Shown here: positions 20,211 to 28,714 of the stretch, in pieces
Layout of the letters: the number at the start of each line of letters is the position of its first letter
How positions within the stretch are numbered: position 1 is the stretch's first letter
Assembly (NCBI GenBank): GCA_963662265.2
Contig: CAXXHA010000029.1
Location: forward strand, 1 to 64,000
Origin: Spirochaetia bacterium
GTDB taxonomy: Bacteria; Spirochaetota; Spirochaetia; CADAEX01
Length of the DNA stretch: 64,000 nucleotides
Reading direction: 5' to 3'
Notes under the pieces: model-generated
Database searches by the model: none
Seen by the model: the letters and a program-made list of their open reading frames with translations, nothing else
What the model was told of the DNA's origin: nothing
Position numbers and translations under genes: made by a program

Positions 20211-21230
20211 ATGAAAAAAATCCTGTTTACACTGCTTATTTTTTTTAGTCTCTTCAGTTTATACGGAGAAAGTATAAAGCTTGTCGACTGGCTGGAGAAA
20301 AACAGCAGCGCTTTCAGGTGGGACCCGGTGAGAAAAAGCGGCGAAATACTTTACAACGATTCTGTATACAGTTTTAAGCTTGACAGGCAGTGGCTGATTA
20401 AAAACTACAGGGAAAAACATATTATAAATCCTTTTTACATGAAAGGAATTGATATCTATATAACTGAACAGGCGGAAGAGGTGATTCTGGGTACTGAAAA
20501 TAATAAACCTGCTGTCAAAACAGCTTCAGGACACCGGATTGCCGCAATTCTGATAGACCCGGGCCATGGGGGACGGGATTCCGGTGCTATAGGGCGGCAC
20601 AAAATCAATAATAAATCTCTCATAATAAAGGAAAAGGATGTCGTCCTTGATATATCAATCATGCTCTATAAGAGACTTAAGAAAAAGTACAGTGACAAAA
20701 GAATTCTCCTGACAAGAAACGATGATTCATATCCGGATCTTGAAAAAAGGGTTGAACTTGCGAACAGTATAAAGCTGAAAGAAAATGAAGCTGTTATTTA
20801 TATATCAATCCATGCAAACGCATCATTCAACACGAAGGCAAAAGGTTTTGAAGTATGGTACCTTCCTCCAGACTACAGGAGGGACCTGATAGATGAGGAC
20901 AGCGTTGAAAAGGGCACTGAAGAGATAATTCCAATATTAAATACAATGCTGGAGGAGGAATATACACTTGAAAGTATTCTCCTGGCAAGGAATATTGTGG
21001 GCAGCCTTGATAAAAGCACTGCAGGAAAATCTGTAAACAGGGGACTGAAAGAGGAGACCTGGTTTGTTGTAAGAAATGCAAAAATGCCTTCAGTCCTTGT
21101 AGAAGTAGGTTTTGTATCCAACAAAGATGAGGCGAAACTACTGAACAGTGATGATTACTTGAAGAAACTTACAGATGGAATCTATAATGGGATAGTGAAT
21201 TTTACAGATAACATAGAGAATATGAAATAA
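20211..21230 (+). CDS. N-acetylmuramoyl-L-alanine amidase (Amidase_3)
   Basis: IDPGHGGRDSGA, EK, ISIHANA and PSVLVEVGF; signal peptide from ATG 20211. Confidence 0.92.
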   Translation: MKKILFTLLIFFSLFSLYGESIKLVDWLEKNSSAFRWDPVRKSGEILYNDSVYSFKLDRQWLIKNYREKHIINPFYMKGIDIYITEQAEEVILGTENNKPAVKTASGHRIAAILIDPGHGGRDSGAIGRHKINNKSLIIKEKDVVLDISIMLYKRLKKKYSDKRILLTRNDDSYPDLEKRVELANSIKLKENEAVIYISIHANASFNTKAKGFEVWYLPPDYRRDLIDEDSVEKGTEEIIPILNTMLEEEYTLESILLARNIVGSLDKSTAGKSVNRGLKEETWFVVRNAKMPSVLVEVGFVSNKDEAKLLNSDDYLKKLTDGIYNGIVNFTDNIENMK

Positions 21231-21282
21231 AAAATTCTACAGCAAGCTGCGGGATTGTTTGTCTGTAAGGTATGGATTGTAT

Positions 21283-21426
21283 GATTGGTTTAATACCATC
21301 CATAATTCAGAATAAAACATAGCACCTGAAAGGCAATATTACCTGTACCTGCAATGTACAGGTAATATACACGAAAAGGTGTTGCAGACAGCAGGGCAAT
21401 TATCTTTTAGAGGTATTAAACCAATC
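21283..21426. repeat. Nested inverted repeats (candidate structured RNA or MITE-like element)
   Basis: Perfect 15-bp IR (21283-21297 / 21412-21426) enclosing a perfect 13-bp hairpin (21336-21368). Confidence 0.6.
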
Positions 21427-21450
21427 CTGCGAATAAACGGAGAAGTTAGA

Positions 21451-21915
21451 TTGAATAAAAAAATATTGTTATGGTCGGGAATACTGCCTGTATTTCTTCT
21501 TGTAGTGTCTCTGGCACTTTTCTTCCTGTTCAATAATAACAGACAGGAAAGGACTTTTTATTTTCATGAACAGGGAACCGGAAAAGAGATAGGTGAATTG
21601 AGAACTATTCCGAGATATCATGATCCTGAAAGAAATGTGAAGGTCTATGTGGAAGAACTGCTGCTCGGGCCGCAGAGAATGAACATGGTTTCTGTATTTC
21701 CGGAAGGAACAAAGCTGAATCAGCTTATGCTTCGTGAAAAAAAATTATATATTGATATCAATAATATGGTACTTAAGACCGATATAATTAAAAGTTATAA
21801 TATCGGTAAAAATATAAAATTGTTGAGGAAAAATATTATATTTAATTTTCCGGAAATCAGCGATATTATATTTACTATTACCGGGGAAGAACCGGAGATA
21901 GTTGAAGCCGAATAA
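21451..21915 (+). CDS. GerMN domain protein
   Basis: N-terminal TM, YVEELLLGP, FPEGTKL and LYIDI; GGAG SD before TTG 21451. Confidence 0.75.
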   Translation: MNKKILLWSGILPVFLLVVSLALFFLFNNNRQERTFYFHEQGTGKEIGELRTIPRYHDPERNVKVYVEELLLGPQRMNMVSVFPEGTKLNQLMLREKKLYIDINNMVLKTDIIKSYNIGKNIKLLRKNIIFNFPEISDIIFTITGEEPEIVEAE

Positions 21916-22035
21916 ACAGGCTGATTAAATAAAAGAAGTTTAAATATAATTTTCAGCCTGAATAACTGCCTGTATACAAAAGAGTTATTGATTATTTACT
22001 GCAGCTTTAAAAAAAAATAAAAAAAATAAAAGTTG

Positions 22036-22063
22036 TTGACAAAATCTTTAGCTATTTTATAAT
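22036..22063 (+). promoter_or_regulatory. Sigma70 promoter of flaA
   Basis: TTGACA-N16-TATAAT; AGGAG SD before the ATG. Confidence 0.75.
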
Positions 22064-22100
22064 TGTATATAAGGTTTATTAAAGAAAAAAGGAGCTATAG

Positions 22101-23135
22101 ATGAAACGGTTCTTCATCCTACTAACAACAGTATTTTTCTTATTGAGTGGATTTACATTTGCTGAAGAAGCTGTATTAATCGACTTTTCAAAGCTGGCAG
22201 CTGATTATCCTGAAGATAATCCAAGTGAAAATGCCAGAACACTGGTAGATTATTCCGATAAAGCTGGAACTTCTTATTCAAAAGAAGAAAAGCTTCAGAT
22301 GAAAGCTTCAATTGCTCTTGATAACTGGGATGTAATACTCTGCCCGTCATCAAGAACAGTTTTAAATCAGTCATTATCAATGACAAAACAGGTACCTGTA
22401 CTTGAAGAAGCAAAAAAATATGCCGGCGAAACAGTTCTCGGAGTCAGAATTCATTTTCCTGAAGCTGATTTCAATTCATGGGCTTTAATAGCTCCTCCAT
22501 TTGAAATTCCTGCTTACATGAAAAAAACAACTATTGATGAAGAAGGAAATGTTAATGTTGATACAACTGACAGATATGGAGAGAAATTCGTAGACGGTTA
22601 CGGTGTTGTTAAAAATGTTGGTGTAGTTAAAACTGTATCAGTTAATATGTACGGATCTAACTTCCCTAACGGATTTGAAATTATTCTCAAAGACCAGAAT
22701 AATAAAGAAATGCCTATTTTCATGGATTACATGGATTTTGAAGGATGGAGAACTCTTACATGGAAGAATCCTAACTATATAAGTGAAGTAAGAAACAGGG
22801 AAATTACAACAAGACCTCTTTATCCAAAAGCAACTCCAATGATGAAAATTGCAGGACTTAGAATTTCTAAAGATTCACAGCAGGATGGTGGTGATATAAT
22901 TACTTATATCAAAGATATTTCCATCGTTTATGATAAAGCGATTCTTAACATTGAAAGAGATGTTGATGAAGAAGCTATCTGGGGAATTCTTAAAGAAAGA
23001 GAAGAATCAAGAAGAACAGCTGAATTCGAAAAACTTGGTCACAAACAGGTGCTGAGATATCTCGAAAAGAGAAAAATGCACAGTGATGAAGATGTAAACG
23101 AAGCACCAGCTGAAACAACTGAAGACCAGCAGTAA
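22101..23135 (+). CDS. flaA: Periplasmic flagellar filament sheath protein FlaA
   Basis: LIDFSKL, VLGVRIHFP, PPFEIPAY, GYGVVKNVG and GWRTLTWKNPNY; sits upstream of cheA. Confidence 0.95.
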   Translation: MKRFFILLTTVFFLLSGFTFAEEAVLIDFSKLAADYPEDNPSENARTLVDYSDKAGTSYSKEEKLQMKASIALDNWDVILCPSSRTVLNQSLSMTKQVPVLEEAKKYAGETVLGVRIHFPEADFNSWALIAPPFEIPAYMKKTTIDEEGNVNVDTTDRYGEKFVDGYGVVKNVGVVKTVSVNMYGSNFPNGFEIILKDQNNKEMPIFMDYMDFEGWRTLTWKNPNYISEVRNREITTRPLYPKATPMMKIAGLRISKDSQQDGGDIITYIKDISIVYDKAILNIERDVDEEAIWGILKEREESRRTAEFEKLGHKQVLRYLEKRKMHSDEDVNEAPAETTEDQQ

Positions 23136-23158
23136 TAGCAGTCCGATTGATTAGATAT

Positions 23159-23189
23159 AAAAGCTCCCTTAACCGGGGGCTTTTTTTTT
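23159..23189 (+). terminator. Intrinsic terminator after flaA
   Basis: AAAAGCTCCC-loop-GGGGGC followed by T9. Confidence 0.85.
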
Positions 23190-23475
23190 GAGCTGCAGGT
23201 TGTAAGTTTTATTATGTGTTTTGCAGCATAAGTATTTTAAGAAGCTGACATAAAAGAAGAGGTATAGAGATTCTTTTATAAATGTGATTAAAGAGAGATT
23301 TAAAGATATTGAATAATTTATGTAAGCTTTTTGATGATTGACAGAAAAGGATATAAAGTTTTATGAACTGTACTGTGTTATGAATTAAAATTAAATGTTT
23401 GAAAAAATGATGATTATGATCTATAGTATAAAAAGCAATTTTTAACATTTTAGAATAATAGAGAAGACAATATTT

Positions 23476-25830
23476 ATGAGTGATTATCTGGATCCGGCAA
23501 ATGAAGAATTATTAAAAGACTTTTTTATGGAGGCTCAGGCGCAGGTTGATATTCTTGAAAGAAATATACTTGTTCTTGAAAATGATACTGGAAATAAAGA
23601 TTCTATAGATGAGATTTTCAGAGCAGCACATACCTTGAAAGGTAACTCAGCAGCAGTTGAGATGTTTGAAATATCTGAATTTACCCATGTTATGGAAGAC
23701 CTTCTTGACGAAATAAGATCGGAAAAAGTCAATGTAGACAGCGAGGTGATTGATATTCTCCTTGAATCTATCGATGTTGTTAAAATAATGATCGAAAAGA
23801 GAATAGCAGGGGAAGTCTATGAAGAAGATTTTTCAGAATTGAAAGAAACCCTCGAGTCAATGATGGGTGAAGAAAAACCGGAAGTTAAAAAAACTGCAGC
23901 AAAAAAATCATCAGTAAAGGAAGCAAAGCCAGCAGCTGTTAAAGCAAAAAAAGAAAAGCAGCTAACTGAATATGAAATTCTTGAGTTGATGGATAATGTC
24001 GAAAACGGTGAAATACTTTATGATATTAAAGTATCCTTTAATGAAGACAACCCAATGAATACAATTGGCGGTATTCAGGTTTTTGCAAAGATAAAAGAAA
24101 ACGCAAAAGTTCTTTCAACCAATCCTGATTTCGATAAACTTTACGAAGATAATTTTTATCCGGTTGTAGATTATTATATTGCATCTGAAGATGACCCTGA
24201 AAAATTTCTGGGTAAAGTAATGATACCTGATGTTGTTCTCAATGCGGAAGTCCTTGAAATAAAGGGTCTTGACAGCGATATAGAAGAGGCAAAAGAACCG
24301 GAAGCAGAAATTCCCGCCGAATCAGAAGCTGTTGCTGAAGCTGCAAAGAAAGAAGAAAAAGCAGAACCGGAAGAAGAGAAAAAAGAAGAAACAAAGGAAA
24401 AGAAAGCACCAGTTAAAGAAAAAGAAGATAAGATAAAAAAGATAAAGCTTAATGAATCTACTATTCTTAAAGTGGAATCAAAAAGAATTGACAGTCTTCT
24501 GAATCTTGTAAGTGAAACAGTAATTAATAAGGCTACATTCAATCAGATAAGTACCAAACTGCTGGGAATTCTTGATGAAATACATATGAATTACAACCAG
24601 ATTAATGAAACTTACAACAATATATTTGAAAACATGAAAGAATATATTAAAGATAATGTTAATCTGAAGGAAGCGAAAACCGAAATATTTCCGGATCATG
24701 AAAAAAGCAGGAAAGAGCTTCAGACAGTTGAAAATGACCTGAAAAATACAATAACAAAACTTGTAAATACATCGCAGAATTTCGGAAGAATAACAAATGA
24801 ACTTCATGAAAGTGTTCTACAGATAAGGATGGTTCCAATATCACAGATATTTTCAAGGTTTCCCAGGCTTGTGCGGGATGTATCAAAAAAGCTTGATAAA
24901 AAGATAAACCTTGTTATTGAAGGGGAAGAAACTGAGCTTGACAAGTCAGTAATTGAACAGCTTCTTGATCCATTAATTCATTGTGTAAGGAATTCAATGG
25001 ACCATGGCGTTGAAATACCTTCCGAAAGAAGAAAATCCGGTAAAAACGAAGAAGGTACTATTGTACTTAAAGCTAAAAATGAAGGAAACATGATTCTCAT
25101 AGAAATATCTGATGACGGAAAAGGTATTGATATAGAATCTGTAAAGAAAAAAGCAGTAGACAAGGATATAATTCATCCTGGAAAGAATCTTACAGATATT
25201 GAAGCATATAATCTTATTTTTGAACCGGGATTTTCAACTGCTGCAGAAGTGACAGATATATCAGGAAGAGGAGTCGGACTTGATGTTGTAAGAAGGCAGA
25301 TAGAAAAGCTCAATGGATCTGTAACTGTATGGTCGGAAAAGGGTAACGGAACTGTTTTTACAATAAAGCTTCCGCTTACACTCGCAATTATTCAGGGACT
25401 TCTGGTAAGGGTCGGTAAAGAAATATATGCAATTCCAATAACATCTGTAATTGAAAGTCAGAGAATTTTTGATGATGATATAAAAATACTTGATAATTAT
25501 GAAGTATTTAATGTAAGAGAAGATGTTGTTTCAATTATAAGACTGAACAGGCTGTTCGGTATAAAAACAGACGAGGAGAGAAAAACCCATTATACAGTTA
25601 TTGTCGGAAGCGGTGACAAGAAAATTGGATTAATGGTGGATCAGCTGATAGGGGAAGAGGATGTAGTTATAAAACCTCTTAAGGACAAGTATACCAATGT
25701 TCCCGGTATTGCAGGTGCAACAATACTTGGTGATGGTAAGGTTTCTCTTATTCTTGATGTCAGCCAGCTCCTTGAATTATGTTTTAAGAATGAAAGAGCT
25801 GCTCGTGAAAGAAAAAGGCTTATAATTTAA
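23476..25830 (+). CDS. cheA: Chemotaxis histidine kinase CheA
   Basis: FRAAHTLKG (Hpt), HCVRNSMDHG, SGRGVGLDVV and a C-terminal CheW domain. Confidence 0.97.
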   Translation: MSDYLDPANEELLKDFFMEAQAQVDILERNILVLENDTGNKDSIDEIFRAAHTLKGNSAAVEMFEISEFTHVMEDLLDEIRSEKVNVDSEVIDILLESIDVVKIMIEKRIAGEVYEEDFSELKETLESMMGEEKPEVKKTAAKKSSVKEAKPAAVKAKKEKQLTEYEILELMDNVENGEILYDIKVSFNEDNPMNTIGGIQVFAKIKENAKVLSTNPDFDKLYEDNFYPVVDYYIASEDDPEKFLGKVMIPDVVLNAEVLEIKGLDSDIEEAKEPEAEIPAESEAVAEAAKKEEKAEPEEEKKEETKEKKAPVKEKEDKIKKIKLNESTILKVESKRIDSLLNLVSETVINKATFNQISTKLLGILDEIHMNYNQINETYNNIFENMKEYIKDNVNLKEAKTEIFPDHEKSRKELQTVENDLKNTITKLVNTSQNFGRITNELHESVLQIRMVPISQIFSRFPRLVRDVSKKLDKKINLVIEGEETELDKSVIEQLLDPLIHCVRNSMDHGVEIPSERRKSGKNEEGTIVLKAKNEGNMILIEISDDGKGIDIESVKKKAVDKDIIHPGKNLTDIEAYNLIFEPGFSTAAEVTDISGRGVGLDVVRRQIEKLNGSVTVWSEKGNGTVFTIKLPLTLAIIQGLLVRVGKEIYAIPITSVIESQRIFDDDIKILDNYEVFNVREDVVSIIRLNRLFGIKTDEERKTHYTVIVGSGDKKIGLMVDQLIGEEDVVIKPLKDKYTNVPGIAGATILGDGKVSLILDVSQLLELCFKNERAARERKRLII

Positions 25831-25852
25831 AATCTTTGGAAGGGAATAAATA

Positions 25853-27232
25853 ATGAGTACAGATATTTGGGAATTGAAAGAAAGCGCTGAAGCCAGAGAA
25901 ACAGCTGAAAACAATGATTTTAAAATGGTTACTTTTTCTCTAGGCGGTAAGGATTACGGTATAGATATAATGAAGGTAAAGGAAATTCTGAAAGTGAATA
26001 AATTTACCTATGTTCCTAATTCTGAGAAATATGTCAAAGGTGTATATAATCTCAGGGGAGATATTATATCAATAATAGACTTCAGAAAAATGTTTGGAGT
26101 ACCTGAAAAACAGAAGGAAGATGAACTTGAAGATATTATTGTACTTAACCTTGACGACAATCGGATTGGAGTTATCGTTGATTCTATAAACAAGGTAATT
26201 GCTCTTCCTTCAGAAACAATAAAGGAACCCCATCCGATTTTCAGCAATATAAATATAAAATATATAATGGGTATCATAGAAAAGGGTACAGGGATTTATC
26301 TTCTGCTTGATGTCGAAAGAATACTCGGTTCTGAAAATGAAGAAGAGGAAGCTGAAGAAAGAAGAACAGATCGAGTTGCCTACAGTGATGAATATTATAA
26401 AGAAGGATCTAAACAGCTTTATAAAGAAGAAATTGAAGAAGAAGAGATTCAAAAGGAAACAGAAACCAATCAGGATGAAATAGATGATATCAACAAGAAT
26501 TTCATTTCTGATACACTCAAAACATTCAAGAATTTCAATATTACAGATATCAATAAAAACTGGTTTAACAGACGTTTTTCAGAGTGGGTTGATTACCGGC
26601 GTAATTCCGGAGAAAATATTCAACTGTCATCTGAAGAAGATGCTGAACTCTTTATATCTGCCTATTATTCTTCATATAAGGACAAGTTTTTTGCGCAGGA
26701 ATATGCTGAAAGAATTGGTTCAATTCTGCCGGAAGGAAGAAGCGGAAATTTAAGCATGTGGAGTATTGGCTGCGGAAAAGGGGAAAATACATATTCACTT
26801 ACAGCAATTCTCAAAAACAGGAATCCGGCAGCTGTTATAAAAGTATGGGCAAATGATAAAGAGCTAATAAGTATATCAAATGCCCCCAATCTTCTTGTAG
26901 ACGGGGCAAATGCGCCGGATTATATCAAGAAATATATTACAGAAGCAAAAGAAGGAGCATCTTTAAGCAGTGAAATTAAAGATATAATTTATTTTGAATA
27001 TCATGATGTAAAAAATCATAATCCTTATCCCGAAGTGGATATAATTTTATGCAGAGATAATTTTTCATTTTATGATTACAATGATCAGCTGCAGATTTTA
27101 AGTGATATATATGAAAAACTTAAAAACGGAGGAATTTTAATTATTGGTGAAAATGAAGAAGTAGTTTTTGATGGACTTGTTCCGGAAGAATCAAACGGGA
27201 TAAGATATTATAAAAAACTGAATGTGGATTAA
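25853..27232 (+). CDS. cheW: CheW fused to a CheR-like C-terminal domain (spirochete type)
   Basis: GVYNLRGDII in the CheW part; WSIGCGKGENTYS and DIILCRD in the CheR-like part. Confidence 0.9.
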   Translation: MSTDIWELKESAEARETAENNDFKMVTFSLGGKDYGIDIMKVKEILKVNKFTYVPNSEKYVKGVYNLRGDIISIIDFRKMFGVPEKQKEDELEDIIVLNLDDNRIGVIVDSINKVIALPSETIKEPHPIFSNINIKYIMGIIEKGTGIYLLLDVERILGSENEEEEAEERRTDRVAYSDEYYKEGSKQLYKEEIEEEEIQKETETNQDEIDDINKNFISDTLKTFKNFNITDINKNWFNRRFSEWVDYRRNSGENIQLSSEEDAELFISAYYSSYKDKFFAQEYAERIGSILPEGRSGNLSMWSIGCGKGENTYSLTAILKNRNPAAVIKVWANDKELISISNAPNLLVDGANAPDYIKKYITEAKEGASLSSEIKDIIYFEYHDVKNHNPYPEVDIILCRDNFSFYDYNDQLQILSDIYEKLKNGGILIIGENEEVVFDGLVPEESNGIRYYKKLNVD

Positions 27233-27246
27233 TTAAGGAGATAATA

Positions 27247-27711
27247 ATGAGAGTTGAATATATAAATCCATTTGTTGAATCTGCTTTTAATGTGCTTAAG
27301 GAAGTATTAAACACAGATATCAAAAGGGGTGAGCTTTATCTCAAGTCAACATCGCAGCCTGTTCTTGGAGTCGCAACAATAATAGGTCTTGCCGGAGATG
27401 TTGAAGGAAGGGTACTGCTTGATATGTCACAGGATACTGCTCTGAGTATTGCATCAGAGATGAATATGGAAAAACTTGAAACATTTGATGAGCTTGGAAA
27501 AGCAACTATAACAGAACTTGCTAATATGATAACCGGACAGGCAATAACAAAGCTTCATGAACTGGGTTTTAAATTTGATTTAACACCGCCTTCAATGCTT
27601 ACAGGTAATGATATGGTAATCTCTGACAGCGGTGTTGAGGCATTAATAGTTCCTATTGAGCTGCCTTATGGTAAACTGGAAATAAATGTAGCAATAAAAG
27701 AAAAGAATTAG
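27247..27711 (+). CDS. cheX: CheY-P phosphatase CheX
   Basis: EYINPF and ELANMITG (ExxN). Confidence 0.95.
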   Translation: MRVEYINPFVESAFNVLKEVLNTDIKRGELYLKSTSQPVLGVATIIGLAGDVEGRVLLDMSQDTALSIASEMNMEKLETFDELGKATITELANMITGQAITKLHELGFKFDLTPPSMLTGNDMVISDSGVEALIVPIELPYGKLEINVAIKEKN

Positions 27712-27722
27712 AGGAGAAAGTA

Positions 27723-28160
27723 ATGAGAGCAAAAATGGATTATCCTAATATAAATACTAAAAATCCTGAAGGGAAGAGACCAGATGGATCATCTTATAAA
27801 GTACTTATTGTTGATGATTCAATGTTTGTAGCAAAACAGATTTCTCAGATTCTGTCATCTGAAGGATTTGAAATTATAGGGACAGCCAAAGATGGTATAG
27901 AAGGTCTTGAAAAATATAAAGAACTTCATCCAGGTGTTGATCTTGTGACAATGGATATAACAATGCCTAATATGGATGGTGTAACATGTCTTCAGAAAAT
28001 AATAGAATTTGATCCTGAAGCAAAAGTTGTTATGATAAGTGCACTTGGTAAGCAGGATCTTGTAAAACAGTCTTTACTTTCCGGTGCAAAAAATTATATA
28101 GTTAAACCGCTCGACAGGGCAAAAGTCCTGGAGAGAATATCATCAGTACTGAAAGGATAG
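27723..28160 (+). CDS. cheY: Chemotaxis response regulator CheY
   Basis: IVDDS, MDITMPNMDG, SA and YIVKP. Confidence 0.95.
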   Translation: MRAKMDYPNINTKNPEGKRPDGSSYKVLIVDDSMFVAKQISQILSSEGFEIIGTAKDGIEGLEKYKELHPGVDLVTMDITMPNMDGVTCLQKIIEFDPEAKVVMISALGKQDLVKQSLLSGAKNYIVKPLDRAKVLERISSVLKG

Positions 28161-28204
28161 ACATTCACGGAATGAATATTTCTGAAGTATTAGAAGATTT
28201 CTGA

Positions 28205-28233
28205 TTGAATAAAAAAAAATAACTGATTATTAT
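28205..28233 (+). promoter_or_regulatory. Putative tRNA promoter
   Basis: TTGAAT-N17-TATTAT about 25 nt upstream of the tRNA. Confidence 0.5.
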
Positions 28234-28256
28234 TTATCGGAAAGTTGATATTTTCA

Positions 28257-28330
28257 GGGCGGCTAGCTCAGCTGGTTAGAGTACGTGCTCGACACGCACG
28301 GGGTCGGCGGTTCGAATCCGCCGCCGCCCA
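28257..28330 (+). tRNA. tRNA-Val (GAC); CCA end not encoded
   Basis: Acceptor stem GGGCGGC/GCCGCCC, D-arm GCTC/GAGT, anticodon arm CGTGC-TCGACAC-GCACG, T-arm GGCGG-TTCGAAT-CCGCC. Confidence 0.95.
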
Positions 28331-28358
28331 CATACAAATACTTACAGTATAAAGATTT

Positions 28359-28389
28359 AGGGAATTGCAATGATTTGTAATTCCCTTTT
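28359..28389 (+). terminator. Terminator-like hairpin after the tRNA
   Basis: AGGGAATTGCAA...TTGTAATTCCCT followed by a T run. Confidence 0.6.
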
Positions 28390-28714
28390 ATTTTGTCTAC
28401 TGTTGGCAAATTGTTAGCATTTTTTTCTTTTTTTTAGATCAAGAGACAGATGGAAAGGTGATTTGTTTTATTGAGAAAAATCTTTTTATGTTCAGAAAAA
28501 CAATAAAAAACACTACCTTATAAATATTATTAATAGAACTAATTTTAATAAGAGCAATTTATTCTTGCTATCAAGTAGCTCAGGATATAAAATATATTGT
28601 ATAGAATTAGTTCTGCAATAATTAATAAGCAGAAATACATATTAAAAATACAGAGTATTTTTAATATGAAATGTAAACTGCGTTAATGTCAGGAATATTT
28701 AAATAGGATTTTTT

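Noticed and set aside
21283-21426. Retron msr-msd (inverted repeats flanking a long hairpin)
   Set aside because: No reverse transcriptase is encoded in the window.
25853-27232. CheW-CheR fusion as a novelty
   Set aside because: This architecture is already known in spirochete flaA-che operons.
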